Shown here: positions 9,102 through 17,304 of the stretch, in pieces
Position numbering within the stretch: the stretch's first letter is position 1
Layout of the letters: each line of letters starts with the position of its first letter
Source: Candidatus Falkowbacteria bacterium
GTDB lineage: Bacteria; Patescibacteriota; Patescibacteriia; JAACEG01
Length of the DNA stretch: 64,000 nucleotides
Assembly: GCA_018651725.1 (NCBI GenBank)
Contig: JABIDK010000005.1
Location: forward strand, 64,064-128,063
Direction of reading: 5' to 3'
The notes under the pieces: generated by a model
Told to the model about the DNA's origin: nothing
Seen by the model: only the letters and a program-made list of their open reading frames with translations
Database searches by the model: none
Position numbers and translations under genes: made by a program

Positions 9102-9414
9102 TATTCTAGTCTGCTACGCAGAATTTATATTAAGAAAAGTAAGAGAAAAACTACAGAGGCACCTAAAGTAGAGGCAGTGTAAAAACTCTCTTCGTTCCCT
9201 TCGGTCACTACGAGCCACGCTACGCTCTCACTTCGTTCGGGTCAGATAACAGGGCTTATGCGGAAAATGGCTCGGCTCGCCATTTTCCCAAATTGCTCCG
9301 CTTCGCTACGCAACTTCGCATAAGCCCGATGTTATATAAAATGGCCTAAATCGGCCTCATCATATAACAAGTTGTATCTAGCTACGCCAGTAAAATAAAA
9401 ATTAACTCTTTAAT
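9091..9414 (+). repeat. Intergenic repeat module M4a (variant without H1)
   Basis: It contains the nested inverted repeats GGGCTTATGCG...CGCATAAGCCC (11 bp) and AAAATGGC...GCCATTTT. It also has CTCCGCTTCGCTACG, CCCAAATT and CACTTCGTTC blocks shared with the other modules. Confidence 0.6.
9386..9414. repeat. 29-bp perfect inverted repeat, left copy (GCCAGTAAAATAAAAATTAACTCTTTAAT), ending at the ATG of the enclosed ORF
   Basis: Exact reverse complement of 9959-9987. Confidence 0.9.
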
Positions 9415-9963
9415 ATGTTTTTAAAAATTTATCTTTACATTTTATTATCTTTGTTAATACTTTTTGTTTTACATTTTTTCTTTAAATGGCAAATTCGTAA
9501 AATTATGATGCGCTCAGTTGCCAATAAGCTTGGATTGAAATATATCCCCAAAACAACCAAACCTGCTAGCAAGGAAGAGCTGCAAGAGGTGCCAGACATA
9601 CTCACAGATTCAAGTGAAAAAATTAGAAATCTAATTGAGGGTATGTACAATGGAAAAAGTATAATAATATATGAAAGACAAGTCGTCTCAGGCGCCGGTC
9701 CATACACACAACAAGCCACAACAAAAATGTTAAATATAATTATTGACGACAATAAAATTCTTGTTATTAATTGCAGCGAAATCTTGTTTCCTCTGCCTGG
9801 CAAAATAATTAAATTCATTAACGATTATATTGAAAATGGCCAGCTGCCAAAAACTAAAAAAATGAACAGCGCTTTACTGTTGGTTATTTTGATATTCACA
9901 ATCTTGCCCACAATTATAATACTTGGAATAATAGCTTTAAAATTGGATGAAGCGTTATATTAA
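9415..9963 (+). CDS. Small membrane protein (182 aa), N- and C-terminal TM helices, unknown function
   Basis: The ORF fills exactly the space between the two 29-bp inverted repeats. It has hydrophobic N- and C-termini. Confidence 0.5.
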   Translation: MFLKIYLYILLSLLILFVLHFFFKWQIRKIMMRSVANKLGLKYIPKTTKPASKEELQEVPDILTDSSEKIRNLIEGMYNGKSIIIYERQVVSGAGPYTQQATTKMLNIIIDDNKILVINCSEILFPLPGKIIKFINDYIENGQLPKTKKMNSALLLVILIFTILPTIIILGIIALKLDEALY

Positions 9964-9987
9964 AGAGTTAATTTTTATTTTACTGGC
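9959..9987. repeat. 29-bp perfect inverted repeat, right copy (ATTAAAGAGTTAATTTTTATTTTACTGGC), beginning inside the stop codon
   Basis: Exact reverse complement of 9386-9414. Confidence 0.9.
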
Positions 9988-10221
9988 TTCGCCCAAATTT
10001 TCAAAATGAATATTAATTACAATAAGAAATTTTGAAAACTTTAGATACAACTAAACGTTAGCTGAAATATTCCTTTTCTTTTTCGGGCTATCGCCCTAAT
10101 TGTTTTAAAAAATTTTCAAATTTCTTTTTTATTAATTAAAGAGGGGAAATAAGGTGTTTTCTCCGCTCCGCTCCGAAAACGATTTATTTATAGGGGAAAA
10201 CGAATACAATACAAAACATCA
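9964..10221 (+). repeat. Intergenic repeat module M4b
   Basis: Its blocks are CGCCCAAATTTTC, AAACTTTAGATAcaactaAACGTTAgctGAAATA, and TTATTAATTAAAGAGGGGAAATAAGGTGTTTTCTCCGCTCCGCTCCGAAAACGATTTATTTA. The last block is about 85 percent identical to the M2 3' block. Confidence 0.65.
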
Positions 10222-11307
10222 ATGTCAAAAATTATGGCAAAATCTTCAAATTCAAATTTTCATAGAGCGGCCAAAGCAAAAAATGATGAGTTTTATACTC
10301 AGCTTATTGATATCGAAAAAGAACTGAAACATTACAAAGACCAATTTCGTAACAAAGTAGTCCACTGTAATTGCGATGATCCATTTGAGAGCAACTTTTT
10401 TAAATATTTTGCCGCCAATTTCAAAACGCTCGAATTAAAAAGACTTATTGCAACTAGCTATAAGCCGTCTCCGATCGCAAATACACAACTTAGTTTATTC
10501 GGTGATGATAAAACACTCAAGCCCAAAAAGGGTCGCCCAAAAGTGAATGCAAACAAGTTTATCATCAACGATGTTGGCGATCTGGATGGCGACGGCGCTT
10601 TTGATTTGAAAGACGTCGCGGAACAGCTAAAGGTAAACAAAAACAACGAGTGGTTGCCGCTTGAAGGTGAAGGAGATTTTAGAAGTCCAGAAAGCATAGA
10701 GTTGCTTAAGCAGGCGGATATTGTGGTAACCAACCCGCCGTTTTCGCTCTTTCGGGAATATGTAAATCAGCTAGTTGAGTATAAGAAGCAGTTCTTGATT
10801 ATCGGCAATGACAATGCGAGAACATACGTGAATATTTTTGAACTGATACAAAAAAATAAAATTTGGGCAGGATATGGAAAGGTAAAGGAATTTATACAGC
10901 CCGACGGATCAATAAAAGGATTTGGTAATGTCGGATGGTATACGAATCTTGATGTAGCGAAGCGACATGAATCCTTAACGCTCTATAAAAAATATTCCCC
11001 AAAAGAATATCCTAAGTACGCAAATTATGATGCAATAGAAGTTAGCAAGGTTACTGATATACCTATTGATTATGACGGCGAGATGGGTGTACCGATTTCA
11101 TTTCTAGATAAATACAACCCGGAACAATTTAAAATTGTTGGGTCAAGTAGTAATCTATCAGAACCCATCAAAACAAAAGATGGTTTAGTCTACCGATATA
11201 AAGACCGTAACGGATATATGCGTCAAGCGGCAAATGAACGTTTTGCTCTTCCCGACGGTGACACTTGGCGACGCATTTATGACAGAATTGTAATTAGAAA
11301 AAAATAA
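10222..11307 (+). CDS. N6-adenine DNA methyltransferase, EcoRI-methylase-like family
   Basis: N-terminal AKAKNDEFYTQ (DEFYT signature). Catalytic motif DIVVTNPPFS (NPPF). Confidence 0.65.
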   Translation: MSKIMAKSSNSNFHRAAKAKNDEFYTQLIDIEKELKHYKDQFRNKVVHCNCDDPFESNFFKYFAANFKTLELKRLIATSYKPSPIANTQLSLFGDDKTLKPKKGRPKVNANKFIINDVGDLDGDGAFDLKDVAEQLKVNKNNEWLPLEGEGDFRSPESIELLKQADIVVTNPPFSLFREYVNQLVEYKKQFLIIGNDNARTYVNIFELIQKNKIWAGYGKVKEFIQPDGSIKGFGNVGWYTNLDVAKRHESLTLYKKYSPKEYPKYANYDAIEVSKVTDIPIDYDGEMGVPISFLDKYNPEQFKIVGSSSNLSEPIKTKDGLVYRYKDRNGYMRQAANERFALPDGDTWRRIYDRIVIRKK

Positions 11308-11308
11308 T

Positions 11309-12439
11309 ATGAAAATTGAACTAAACAACATCAAAGTACGTGAAGTATTCAACGGATACAAAGATAGTGACGAGGAAGGCGTTGTCGCATATGACGGTAA
11401 TCTTGATATTCGTCCAAAATACCAGCGCGAATTCGTGTATAAGCCAGAACAACGCAATCAAGTTATTAAAACTATTCTGCGTGGCTATCCAGACAGCGAC
11501 GCATATTTCCCACTTAATACAATGTACTGGCTTAAGACTGATGATAATCATTTTGAGATTATTGATGGTCAACAGCGTACGCTCTCAATCTGTCAATATA
11601 TAAATGGTGATTTCAGTATTGATGAGAAATACTTTCATAGCTTGAACAAAACGGAACAGGAGTATATTTTGGAATATCCCTTGCAAGTGTATATCTGCAC
11701 AGGAAGCGATAAAGAGCGGCTTGAATGGTTTGAAGTAATCAACACTGCTGGCGAAGTTTTAACACCTCAAGAACTACGCAACGCAAACTATACTGGCGAG
11801 TGGCTCACCGACGCAAAGCGATGGTTTTCTAAAAGTGGCGCACCTGCGTATCAAATTGGTCAAGATTATGTCAAAGGCTCACCTATCCGCCAAGAATTTT
11901 TGGAAAAGGTATTAAAATGGATATCTGCACGCGACTACGGTGAAGAAAATCCTGCTGAGTACATGTCTAAACATCAGCATGATAAAAATGCCAACGAATT
12001 GTGGGAGTACTTTCAGGGCGTAATTGAATGGGTGCAAGAAACATTCCCGAATTACCGCAAAGAAATGGCAAGTGTAAACTGGGGCGAGTTATACAATCAA
12101 TTCAAAGACAAAAAACTAAACGCAGAAAAACTTGAGGAAGAAATCTCAAAATTGATGCAAGACGAAGATGTCAGCAGCAAGCCTGGTATTTATCCTTATG
12201 CACTCACGAGACAAGAAAAATACCTATCTATCCGCGCATTTAATGACAAAATGAAGCGCGAGGCGTACGAGAAGCAAAAAGGAATTTGCCCGCTATGTAA
12301 AGCCAAAGATAAAAAACGCTTAGATATTTCTGACATGGAAGCCGACCATATCACCCCTTGGCATGAAGGAGGCAAAACTGTTTCAGAAAATTGCCAAATG
12401 CTGTGCAAACAATGCAATAGAACTAAATCTGGAAAATAA
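11309..12439 (+). CDS. DUF262 (ParB-like, DGQQR motif) domain fused to a C-terminal HNH endonuclease domain
   Basis: N-terminal FEIIDGQQRTLSI. C-terminal CPLC...EADHITPWHEGGKTVSENCQMLCKQCNRTKS, the canonical HNH zinc-finger nuclease motif. There is a 1-nt gap after the MTase gene. Confidence 0.7.
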   Translation: MKIELNNIKVREVFNGYKDSDEEGVVAYDGNLDIRPKYQREFVYKPEQRNQVIKTILRGYPDSDAYFPLNTMYWLKTDDNHFEIIDGQQRTLSICQYINGDFSIDEKYFHSLNKTEQEYILEYPLQVYICTGSDKERLEWFEVINTAGEVLTPQELRNANYTGEWLTDAKRWFSKSGAPAYQIGQDYVKGSPIRQEFLEKVLKWISARDYGEENPAEYMSKHQHDKNANELWEYFQGVIEWVQETFPNYRKEMASVNWGELYNQFKDKKLNAEKLEEEISKLMQDEDVSSKPGIYPYALTRQEKYLSIRAFNDKMKREAYEKQKGICPLCKAKDKKRLDISDMEADHITPWHEGGKTVSENCQMLCKQCNRTKSGK

Positions 12440-12605
12440 AAATTAAAGACAATTATGAATAGTTTGCTTGCAGAAATAAATAATGAAATCACGCCTGAAC
12501 AGAAAAAAATTTCTGAGGCTATTGATATTAAAAAATCAGAAGAAGAGATAATTTCCGATTTAATAGAAAATGATATTGTTTCTTTTGACCTTAAGGAAAA
12601 AACGG

Positions 12606-14978
12606 ATGATCAAAAAACTTAAAACAATCAATAATATTTTTTCCTATTCCTTTTTCGAGTGGGATACCATTAACCCTGTTAAGGGGGTTAACCCCAATGA
12701 TCCGATAGATATTTTTAAAAAGAATAATATTCTTTTTGCAGAAAATGGGAATGGAAAAACAAATCTGATTAATCTTCTCAAGGTGTTGAATGGTGTTGAT
12801 TCAATTAAACTTGAAAAACACTGGGATTACCCCACGGAAAATCAAAATGTTGTTTTGGAGCTTGATAATGAACTATCCTTTAATTCTGGAAATTGGAGCG
12901 AAATAAATGGATCGTTACAAGATAAGTTTGTTATCTTTGATAAGTATTTTACGGAAAAATATGTTCATTCCGTGGGATTAGATCATCACAATACAGCACA
13001 GAGAAAACAGGAAAGAGGCAAGCACATTATTTACCTGGGGAATTTTACTGAATATAATCAAGAAATAAATAAAATTAATAGACTTAAAAATGAAGTAAGC
13101 GAAAAAAACAGTGCATTTTGGACTGCTGAACAAGATAAAATAAGCAACATACTTCCTGAGTGGCTAGACATTACCAAGATTGATAGTGAGAAAAATATTA
13201 TAAAAAACATTGACCCCTTAAGTCTTTCTAGCAAGCAACAGACATTGGAAAATCAAAAAAAGAATCTTGAAAAAGTCATAAACGCCATTAAAAATCAATC
13301 CGAAATAGAGAAACTAAAAAACTTAGATGATATAAAAACGGTTTTTGATTTTAAAATTAAAGAATTTGATAAGAACGGTAAAAAAACGGTTTATCAACTT
13401 GACCCCGCCAAATTATTTAATTTTACCGTTTCCAAGGGCGTTAAGCAGACTTTATCGAAAATAAGCAATAAAAAGTCTTTTATCAAAACAGGATTGAACT
13501 TGGTTGACGATACTACGGAAGATTGCCCATTCTGCGAACAGAAAATTAAAAATGGCGAACTTATTCAAATTGTAAAAGATTACCAAAATATTTTTGATCA
13601 AACATTTTTAGATGAGGAAAGTAAAGTAAAAAACCGCTTACAGAAATATAAGACTGTTTTATCAAGTTTGAAAGATCTTCAGTCAATATCTTCTAATGTT
13701 ACAAGTTTACAGGAAGCTCAAAAATATGTAGGTGTTGATATTTCAATCCCAAATTGTTCTTTGGGCGAGGAAGACAAAAAAATAATTGAGTTAGAAATTC
13801 AACGCGTTATTGATAAAGAAAAAAATATTTTAAATCCGGTAACTGGTAGTACATTTGAACAAATCAAGAATATGGTTGATAGGGCAAATGCTTTAAAAAA
13901 GAGCTACAACAACGCTGTAGATAAAATAAACGAAAAAATAAATGAGCTTAAAAAGGTTGCAAGCGAAGGCAAGCTTGATGAAAGAAAAACAGAGATTGAA
14001 AATACAATCAGAGAGTTAGAAAAAAGCATCCTATATATTAATCATCAGAAAGATTTTTTGCGATATTTTAATGCCAAAAATCATAATAACCAAAATAAAA
14101 AAGTTATTGAGAATCTTGAAGCAATCTATCAAAAACTTAAAGAAAAAATAGTTGAAAAATTTAACAAGTTCGCAAATGAATATTTTGAGTTGATAAAGCA
14201 TTATGTAAAAATAATAAGCCCATCAATGGAAATATTTGATGTTTTAGGGAAAGGCACATACTCAAGAACCGGTCGTGAGCCTGCGCAATGCGGTTTTGAA
14301 GTTCAATACAACAAAAAGGATTGTACAAATGATCTTAGCGAAGGCGAAAGACAAGTTATCGCGCTTGCATTTTTCTTTGCTCAATTAAAAAAAGAGATAA
14401 GCAAAGATAAAATAATAATTTTAGATGACCCTATTACATCGTTTGACGCTGGAAAAAGAAAATCTACTGCAGAAGTAATTAAATCCGAGACGCAGAAATT
14501 CGATCAGTTATTCGTGTTTACTTGCGACCCTCTTTTTCGTGAGTTTTGCTTGAAAGAAATTCCAAATAGAAATTTTTACTATATTTTTATTACAAAAAAA
14601 TCTTCATCAATACATTATGTCCCCAAAAATCGAGAAACAATATATCAATCATTTGAGGAAGATTTTAAGAACATCGGAAATATCAATGGTTCAAATGAAA
14701 ATGTTGTTATTTACGGACAAAAGTTAAGGTTTTGTTTGGAAACGAAAATCAAGGAGGACTATTTTGGTTATTCACAAGATAATCTTTCAAATATGATTGA
14801 GCAGGTGGTAGAAAAAGGTAATCAAAAATTCAAAAACCTTATCGACAATAAGGAAACAATTTTGAATTTATATAATTATTGCAATACTGGCGGATTGGCA
14901 CATTACCCAAAAGACGGTTCAACAAGTTGGAACGAATTAAACAGCAAAGTACAAGAGTATTTAAATTTAAATTTATAA
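12606..14978 (+). CDS. PrrC/RloC-like ABC-type ATPase (AAA_13-like) with coiled-coil CxxC zinc-hook and an uncharacterised C-terminal domain
   Basis: Walker A LFAENGNGKTNLINLL. Long Lys/Glu-rich coiled coil containing EDCPFCEQ (CxxC). ABC signature LSEGERQVIALAFF, Walker B IIILDDPITSFD. The C-terminal about 180 aa contains LRFCLE (R-x3-E) followed by a distal His. The start is placed at the MIKKLKTINN Met with upstream AAGGAAAA; the track start at 12570 would add 12 aa. Confidence 0.6.
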   Translation: MIKKLKTINNIFSYSFFEWDTINPVKGVNPNDPIDIFKKNNILFAENGNGKTNLINLLKVLNGVDSIKLEKHWDYPTENQNVVLELDNELSFNSGNWSEINGSLQDKFVIFDKYFTEKYVHSVGLDHHNTAQRKQERGKHIIYLGNFTEYNQEINKINRLKNEVSEKNSAFWTAEQDKISNILPEWLDITKIDSEKNIIKNIDPLSLSSKQQTLENQKKNLEKVINAIKNQSEIEKLKNLDDIKTVFDFKIKEFDKNGKKTVYQLDPAKLFNFTVSKGVKQTLSKISNKKSFIKTGLNLVDDTTEDCPFCEQKIKNGELIQIVKDYQNIFDQTFLDEESKVKNRLQKYKTVLSSLKDLQSISSNVTSLQEAQKYVGVDISIPNCSLGEEDKKIIELEIQRVIDKEKNILNPVTGSTFEQIKNMVDRANALKKSYNNAVDKINEKINELKKVASEGKLDERKTEIENTIRELEKSILYINHQKDFLRYFNAKNHNNQNKKVIENLEAIYQKLKEKIVEKFNKFANEYFELIKHYVKIISPSMEIFDVLGKGTYSRTGREPAQCGFEVQYNKKDCTNDLSEGERQVIALAFFFAQLKKEISKDKIIILDDPITSFDAGKRKSTAEVIKSETQKFDQLFVFTCDPLFREFCLKEIPNRNFYYIFITKKSSSIHYVPKNRETIYQSFEEDFKNIGNINGSNENVVIYGQKLRFCLETKIKEDYFGYSQDNLSNMIEQVVEKGNQKFKNLIDNKETILNLYNYCNTGGLAHYPKDGSTSWNELNSKVQEYLNLNL

Positions 14979-15405
14979 TAATGAGTTTAAGGGCAAGGGG
15001 AATTCACCCCTTTAATTCCCCTCTTCCCCTTGCCCTTAAACAGAAAAAGAAATTTGAAAATTTTTTAAAACAAGTTTTCTTTCAGAAAACAAAAGAAAAG
15101 GAATACATCAGCTAACAGCGTATAACAGGCTACGGCTTCCCTATCGGTAAGCCTCCGCCCAAATTTTAAATTATTTCTTTGTTGTTGCTCCGCAAAATTA
15201 TAACAAAGAAATAATTTAAAACTTCTGTTATACGCATATGTTGTCCAAAATGCCTTCGCTCCACTGCGTCATTTCGGACAACAGTGGTTATCTGAAATTT
15301 CCTTCCGCCAAAACCCCTTCGGGGATTGGCTTCAGAAAACTTCAGATAACCGCGAGGCGTTATACAAAATAATAAAATTAATCTTATTAACTTAACATAA
15401 AACAT
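14979..15405 (+). repeat. Intergenic repeat module M5
   Basis: Its blocks are H1, the small hairpin GTTTTCTTTCAGAAAAC (a compensatory C/G swap relative to M2 and M3), TACATCAGCTAACAGCG...GGCTACGGCTTCC...GCCTCCGCCCAAATTTT, the arms GGTTATCTGAAATTTCC ... GAAAACTTCAGATAACC around CCCCTTCGGGG (a UUCG loop), and CGCTCCACTGCG. Confidence 0.7.
14985..15041 (+). repeat. Structured hairpin element H1, copy D. Stem GTTTAAGGGCAAGGGGAA / TTCCCCTTGCCCTTAAAC, same 21-nt loop.
   Basis: The 18-bp stem is perfect and again different but compensatory. The loop is identical to copies A and B. Confidence 0.8.
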
Positions 15406-15939
15406 ATGAAAAAAACATTTTTTTTAACTATAGTTATAAGTTTATTGTTAAGCGGTTGTACGCTTTCTGTAGAACAAGAATCAGTTAATGTTGATAAAGA
15501 AAATATCATTAATAATGAACCGGTCCCTGGAAACGAACAGCCTTTGGAAAAGAAAACACAAACCAAAGATAGCTTAAATTTAAGCAATCAAAATTTGCAA
15601 AAAATCCCGGAGTATGTTTTTGGCAGAACAAATTTGGAAGAGCTTAATGTTTCCGGTAACAAACTTACAGGGGCGATTCAGGCTGAAATTAGACATTTGC
15701 AAAAACTTAAAATTCTTAATGCTAGTAATAATTTTATGACCGGTGTTCCAGCTGAAATTGGTCAGTTACAAAATTTGGAAATATTAAATTTATCAAACAA
15801 CCAACTCACCGGCTTACCGTACGAGCTTGGTAATTTAAAAAATTTAAAAATATTTAACATCTCCGGTAACAATTATTCTGAACTTGATTTAAGCATTATA
15901 CAGGAGAAACTTCCCAAAAACGTAAATATTATTAAATAA
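15406..15939 (+). CDS. Leucine-rich-repeat lipoprotein
   Basis: Signal peptide with lipobox LLSGC. It has at least four tandem LxxLxxLxLSxNxLTG units (LEELNVSGNKLTG, LKILNASNNFMTG, LEILNLSNNQLTG, LKIFNISGNNYS). Confidence 0.7.
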   Translation: MKKTFFLTIVISLLLSGCTLSVEQESVNVDKENIINNEPVPGNEQPLEKKTQTKDSLNLSNQNLQKIPEYVFGRTNLEELNVSGNKLTGAIQAEIRHLQKLKILNASNNFMTGVPAEIGQLQNLEILNLSNNQLTGLPYELGNLKNLKIFNISGNNYSELDLSIIQEKLPKNVNIIK

Positions 15940-16000
15940 TTTATAATTAAATCAATTGAAGTAATCAAATAAACAAGTAATGATGAAGTTAAAAACGAAA

Positions 16001-16034
16001 AAAGCCGATGGCTAATAAATCATCGGCTTTTGGT
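16001..16034. terminator. Bidirectional rho-independent terminator between convergent genes
   Basis: AAAGCCGATG-gctaataaat-CATCGGCTTT followed by TTGG. A run of As precedes it on the other strand. Confidence 0.6.
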
Positions 16035-16057
16035 TATTTTCTTTTCTTTGGGCCTTG

Positions 16058-16351
16058 TTATTTTTGTGAGTAAAAAACAAGAGCTGTTTCTACTATTGGT
16101 TTAACAGGATATTCTCTGTCAGATCTTTCTTTTGACCAGTCTTCCATAGTGCCCCAGGTTTGCTCACATATTCCGTCGCATGCAAAAGGAGTGTTTACTT
16201 CGGTTAAATACCCCTCCCCACCGTGAAAAGTTGCTACATAAGGAACGTGTATTCCCAGATTTACAAAACAAGCAATCATCTTGTAAGAACCTCTTCCTAC
16301 CTGGCTGGAGTCTTGTTTAAAAATAAACACTGGAATTTTATTAACACTCAT
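16058..16351 (-). CDS. Small conserved protein, possibly DsrE/DsrF-like (97 aa)
   Basis: Strong SD AGGAGGAAAAA before the ATG. KIPVFIFKQDS...KMIACFVNLGIHVPYVATFHGGEGY resembles the DsrE-family pattern (..A..f..aal..GheV.vFF..dGV). The family assignment is tentative. Confidence 0.4.
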   Translation of the reverse strand: MSVNKIPVFIFKQDSSQVGRGSYKMIACFVNLGIHVPYVATFHGGEGYLTEVNTPFACDGICEQTWGTMEDWSKERSDREYPVKPIVETALVFYSQK

Positions 16352-16465
16352 TTTTTCCTCCTTAATTTAAGGTGCTGTTATAGATAAAAGTTTATTAATA
16401 CATAACATAGTTTTAGATTATAGTCAAGTATGAATAATAATTCTTATCTAAAGATCACCCTAACT

Positions 16466-16497
16466 AAAACACGACCCTTAAGGGTCGTGTTTTTTTG
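16466..16497. terminator. Rho-independent terminator hairpin
   Basis: ACACGACCC-ttaa-GGGTCGTGT followed by TTTTTTT. Confidence 0.6.
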
Positions 16498-16517
16498 AAA
16501 AAATTTTTTCGAAAAAT

Positions 16518-17210
16518 TTATTTCTTTTTCCCATTACATTTGCATGGCATTTGATTCAAAATCTGTGCTGCCTTGTCTTTGCCTCCTAAACCAAAGGCAA
16601 GTCCTCCGGCAAGAGCGAGCATTCCGATAATACCGGAAAAAAGTATTGAGATCAAAGAAGTGGCTATACCAAGTTGAACCAGGGCGGCCATAACTCCGAA
16701 AATGATGATTGCCCATTTACTCATTGCTCCAAAAATATGACTATGAGCAACTTTAGTGGCGCGTCCTCCTTTGTGGACAATATGATTTACAAAGTTAGCA
16801 ACGATAACAGTAACCGCCAAGATAATCGCTGCTACAATAACATTTGGAACGTACAGTAAGATACTGTTTAAAAAATACGTTATCTGCGGTAAACCTAAAA
16901 TATCAGTAGCAGCCATTAAGGATGCAATAATTAAAAACCATTTTACAATTTCCCCAATAATCGTTGGAATACTTACTTTTATCTCACCTTGTTCCAGCAT
17001 ATGTGTCAGACCAATTTCGTCAGCAGCTTTGTCAACTTTTAATTTTTCCAGAAGTTTTGTAAATAAAACTCCTAAAGAAATAGCTATCATTAATCCAACC
17101 GCAAAGATAATAATTGCCCCAAATAAGTTCGGTAAAAAACCGATTGAGCGCATCCAAAGATCTTGCATAGATCCACTGATTGCCATTTCCCAAGATTGTG
17201 TGTTAGTCAT
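16518..17210 (-). CDS. Integral membrane protein (about 5-6 TM helices) with C-terminal CKCNGKKK. Possible mechanosensitive-channel-associated TM-helix repeat protein.
   Basis: SD AAGGAGGGGGG lies upstream. It is a hydrophobic multi-helix protein. Confidence 0.45.
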   Translation of the reverse strand: MTNTQSWEMAISGSMQDLWMRSIGFLPNLFGAIIIFAVGLMIAISLGVLFTKLLEKLKVDKAADEIGLTHMLEQGEIKVSIPTIIGEIVKWFLIIASLMAATDILGLPQITYFLNSILLYVPNVIVAAIILAVTVIVANFVNHIVHKGGRATKVAHSHIFGAMSKWAIIIFGVMAALVQLGIATSLISILFSGIIGMLALAGGLAFGLGGKDKAAQILNQMPCKCNGKKK

Positions 17211-17304
17211 TTATTTTCACCCCCCTCCTTATTTATTTAAGCATGTAAATATTATACCATAAAATCATATAAATAAAAAATCCCTAGCTAAGTTCAAGGG
17301 ATCT

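Noticed and set aside
12455-12622. 55-aa acidic ORF (MNSLLAEINNEITPEQKK...) between the HNH protein and the RloC-like ATPase
   Set aside because: No RBS. It overlaps the better-supported ATPase start (12606) in another frame. It is not annotated, but it is not excluded and is mentioned under the defence-module finding.
1196-15041. H1 hairpins as classical integron attC sites or as rho-independent terminators
   Set aside because: No RYYYAAC / GTTRRRY core sites and no integron integrase in the window. In attC the ends are conserved and the loop varies, the opposite of H1. No U-tract follows the stem and the loop is 21 nt, so H1 is not a canonical intrinsic terminator. It is kept as an unexplained structured element.
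14879-15587. Track ORFs 14879-15115(+), 15166-15405(-) and 15387-15587(-) over the repeat module M5 and the LRR gene start
   Set aside because: They overlap the H1 hairpin and other conserved repeat blocks or the N-terminus of the LRR lipoprotein. The sequence there is better explained as structured non-coding repeat.
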